This document shows, one piece after another, positions 61,718 through 64,000 of a stretch of DNA of 64,000 nt; the stretch's first letter is position 1, and each line of letters opens with the position of its first letter. The DNA comes from Eledone cirrhosa (lineage: Eukaryota): assembly GCA_964016885.1 (NCBI GenBank), contig OZ024742.1, positions 186,620,001 through 186,684,000 of the forward strand. Direction: 5' to 3'. A program made the translations under genes and the position numbers. A model generated the notes under the pieces. That model did no database searches and had not been told where the DNA came from. It saw only the letters and a program-made list of their open reading frames with translations.

Positions 61718-64000
61718 CGTTCTTCTGGTTTTATAATTTCACAAGTTTTTTTTCCCAATAGAGAGAGAGTCGGTTTCTAACATAGACACAAGACTCTCTC
61801 ATTGGAATGTACACAACATCTACTAGGTAGATTATGTATGGATGCATGTGTAGATATGGATGTTATTGTATGTGGGGATGTGTATGTTTTGAGTTGTATG
61901 TGTGCATGTGTAATTGCTTTGTATCTGTACATGTGTATATGCAGTTATTAGATGCAAAATATTTGGAATGTTTTACATATTTTTACTGTTCTATTAATGG
62001 ATTGTACTTATAATTTCCTAACTAGTTGTGTTCTTTCTGTTCCTGAGAAGCTCAGCTTCTCAAGATTTGTATTGAGGCAGTTGCTAACATATCCTAGTGC
62101 CCCAATAATCACAGGCATAAATCTGAAGGTGTAATCAGGGTGGAGTATCTGCAGATTTCTCATCAGTTCTGCATAAATATTCTCCTTTTCGCTAATCTTT
62201 GATATTATCTGCTGGGCAGCTAATTTCCACTACTGTACATGCTTTCTTCTCCCTGTGCCATATCATAATATCTGGTCTGTATGTCTGCATTATATTGGGG
62301 TTTTTACTGGAACATTCCACCAGTACTCTTTCATATTATGTACATGGATGTCTTCCACATTGCTGTAGCTTTTAATGTGTTTATTATCGGGGCTATCTTT
62401 TTTACGAACTGCATTGTACAGTGTTTTGGCCACTACATCATGCCTCATATGTAGATAGTACCGCAATGACATCTTTGGACAGCTGCTGATGACATGGGTG
62501 ATATCCTTGATGCTAGTTCTGCAGAGCCTGCACTTGTTATCACATCTAGGTGTTTTGTCTGCATCCCCATCTCTTTTGTGAATCAGGTATTTCGTGTTAA
62601 TCTCCTGTTCTTGGAGTGCAAAAGCGTATCCTTCAAAGTGGGAGCCAATATACCGGTTGTTGGTCCAAGATAGACTACTTTCCTTATCTATATTACTCTC
62701 ACTCTGGAACTTCCTGGCAACATATCCATGCATGATTTTTGGCTGATAAGCATGCAGTTTCTCATCCATGGATTCACTGCGATACTGCTGAGCGACTTCC
62801 CTGTGTGCGAGATTTTGATTATCACACAGGGAATATCTCTTGAGGAGTCCCTTCCCAACTCTTATGATCTTATCTGTTTCATGCAGATAGACTTGCTCGA
62901 GAAACGGGCTCCTACGCTTCGAGGTTCGTAGATGTTGTCGGAGGGATATGATGCGACATTCAAGTTCTGTCTGGACTGATGTTAGGCCTCTGCCTCCCTG
63001 CTTACTTTTCAAGTAAAGGCGGTCTATGTCAGTGTTGATGTATAAGTTTCAGGTGTTGTTTAGTATTTTTCGAGTTCCAACATCAACTGCTCGGATTTCG
63101 TCTATTGTCCAATTGAGTATTCCAAACGTTGGTGATAGGACAGGCACAGCAAACGCATTGTGAGCCACTGTTTTGTTTTGCGCAGAGAGTTCCGATTACC
63201 AAATCTTTCTTAATCGGGTGTAGTATTCCCTGGTTACGCGTTCCTTATTACAGATACCATTATAGGATACGTTCTCATCTACCCCCAGGTATCTGTAGCA
63301 GTCCTCATCAGATATCGGTGAAACAGTTAGGCCATTGATGACAATGTTGCTAGATTGGGTTGTTGTTTTTCCCCGCTTTACAGTCATATATGGACATTTA
63401 TCTTGGCCAAACTCCATTCCTATATCCTTTGAGAATGTTGTAATCAGGTCAAGATTTTTCTTCATCCCATCCATGTTTTTGGCATAGAGTTTCAGATCAC
63501 CCACAAAGAAATTATGGGTTAGGTTCGTATTTCTGTCCTCCTGTGAGCCAATGATGTATCCCTCACATTTCTTGAGCAGAAAGGGCAAGTGGTTTAGTGA
63601 CCAGATGAATAATATCACAGAGAGACTGAAACCCCGAAATATACCTTTGCGATATTTTATTTTATCAGTAAAAATAGAGTCCCCCCTCCCTTAGGATAGT
63701 TGCCCAAGAAGAAGACAGCCTCTCTATGGCTCTGACAATAATGTCTGGGACTTTAGCAAGTTGGAGGGCCTCTATAATCCAAGAGTGGGTAACAGAATCG
63801 AAAGCTTTCCTGTAGTCAAGCCAGACTGTAGCCATATTCCTCCTAAGTTGTCGCACCTCCGACATCGCAGTTTGTTGATTAGGAGTTGTTCAGCACATCC
63901 CCAAACCCCTTTCTTTCCAGCTGCTTGTTCATCTATGATGATGTTATTATTTTCACAGTGATCTTGGAGGAATAGGTTCAGGCAGGCCGTATACATCTTA
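61718..64000 (-). mobile_element. Degenerate R4-like RT-RLE element (runs off the window)
   Basis: WLDYRKAFDSV, YRYLGVDENV, CRLC..HVISSC, RHD; ORF end near 61948; 3' end runs into (ACAT)n. Confidence 0.88.

Overview
Repeat-dominated eukaryotic DNA with no recognisable host protein-coding gene. The AT-rich microsatellite background and the tRNA-derived SINE types suggest a cephalopod (Octopus-like) genome, which is my inference. 1-23.2 kb is a head-to-tail array of five Tx1/L1-clade LINEs from two families. Two copies are intact, and each element sits directly in the (ATT)n tail of the previous one. An antisense R4/Dong-type RT-RLE element is inserted in the last tail (23.2-27.75 kb). The rest is a patchwork of SINEs, Helitron-like and mariner-like elements, R4-like copies in (ACAT)n, and several large palindromes carrying type I hammerhead ribozyme motifs. 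The most striking is a 310-bp, highly structured hammerhead monomer amplified about 4x forward then about 3x inverted (54.7-57.0 kb), resembling a non-LTR retrozyme. Other highlights: a putative intron spanning Tx1 ORF2, a SINE whose 3' end and tail-targeting behaviour match the Tx1 elements, and a twister-like motif at an RTE-type 5' end. All structures were read by eye, with no searches or folding runs.
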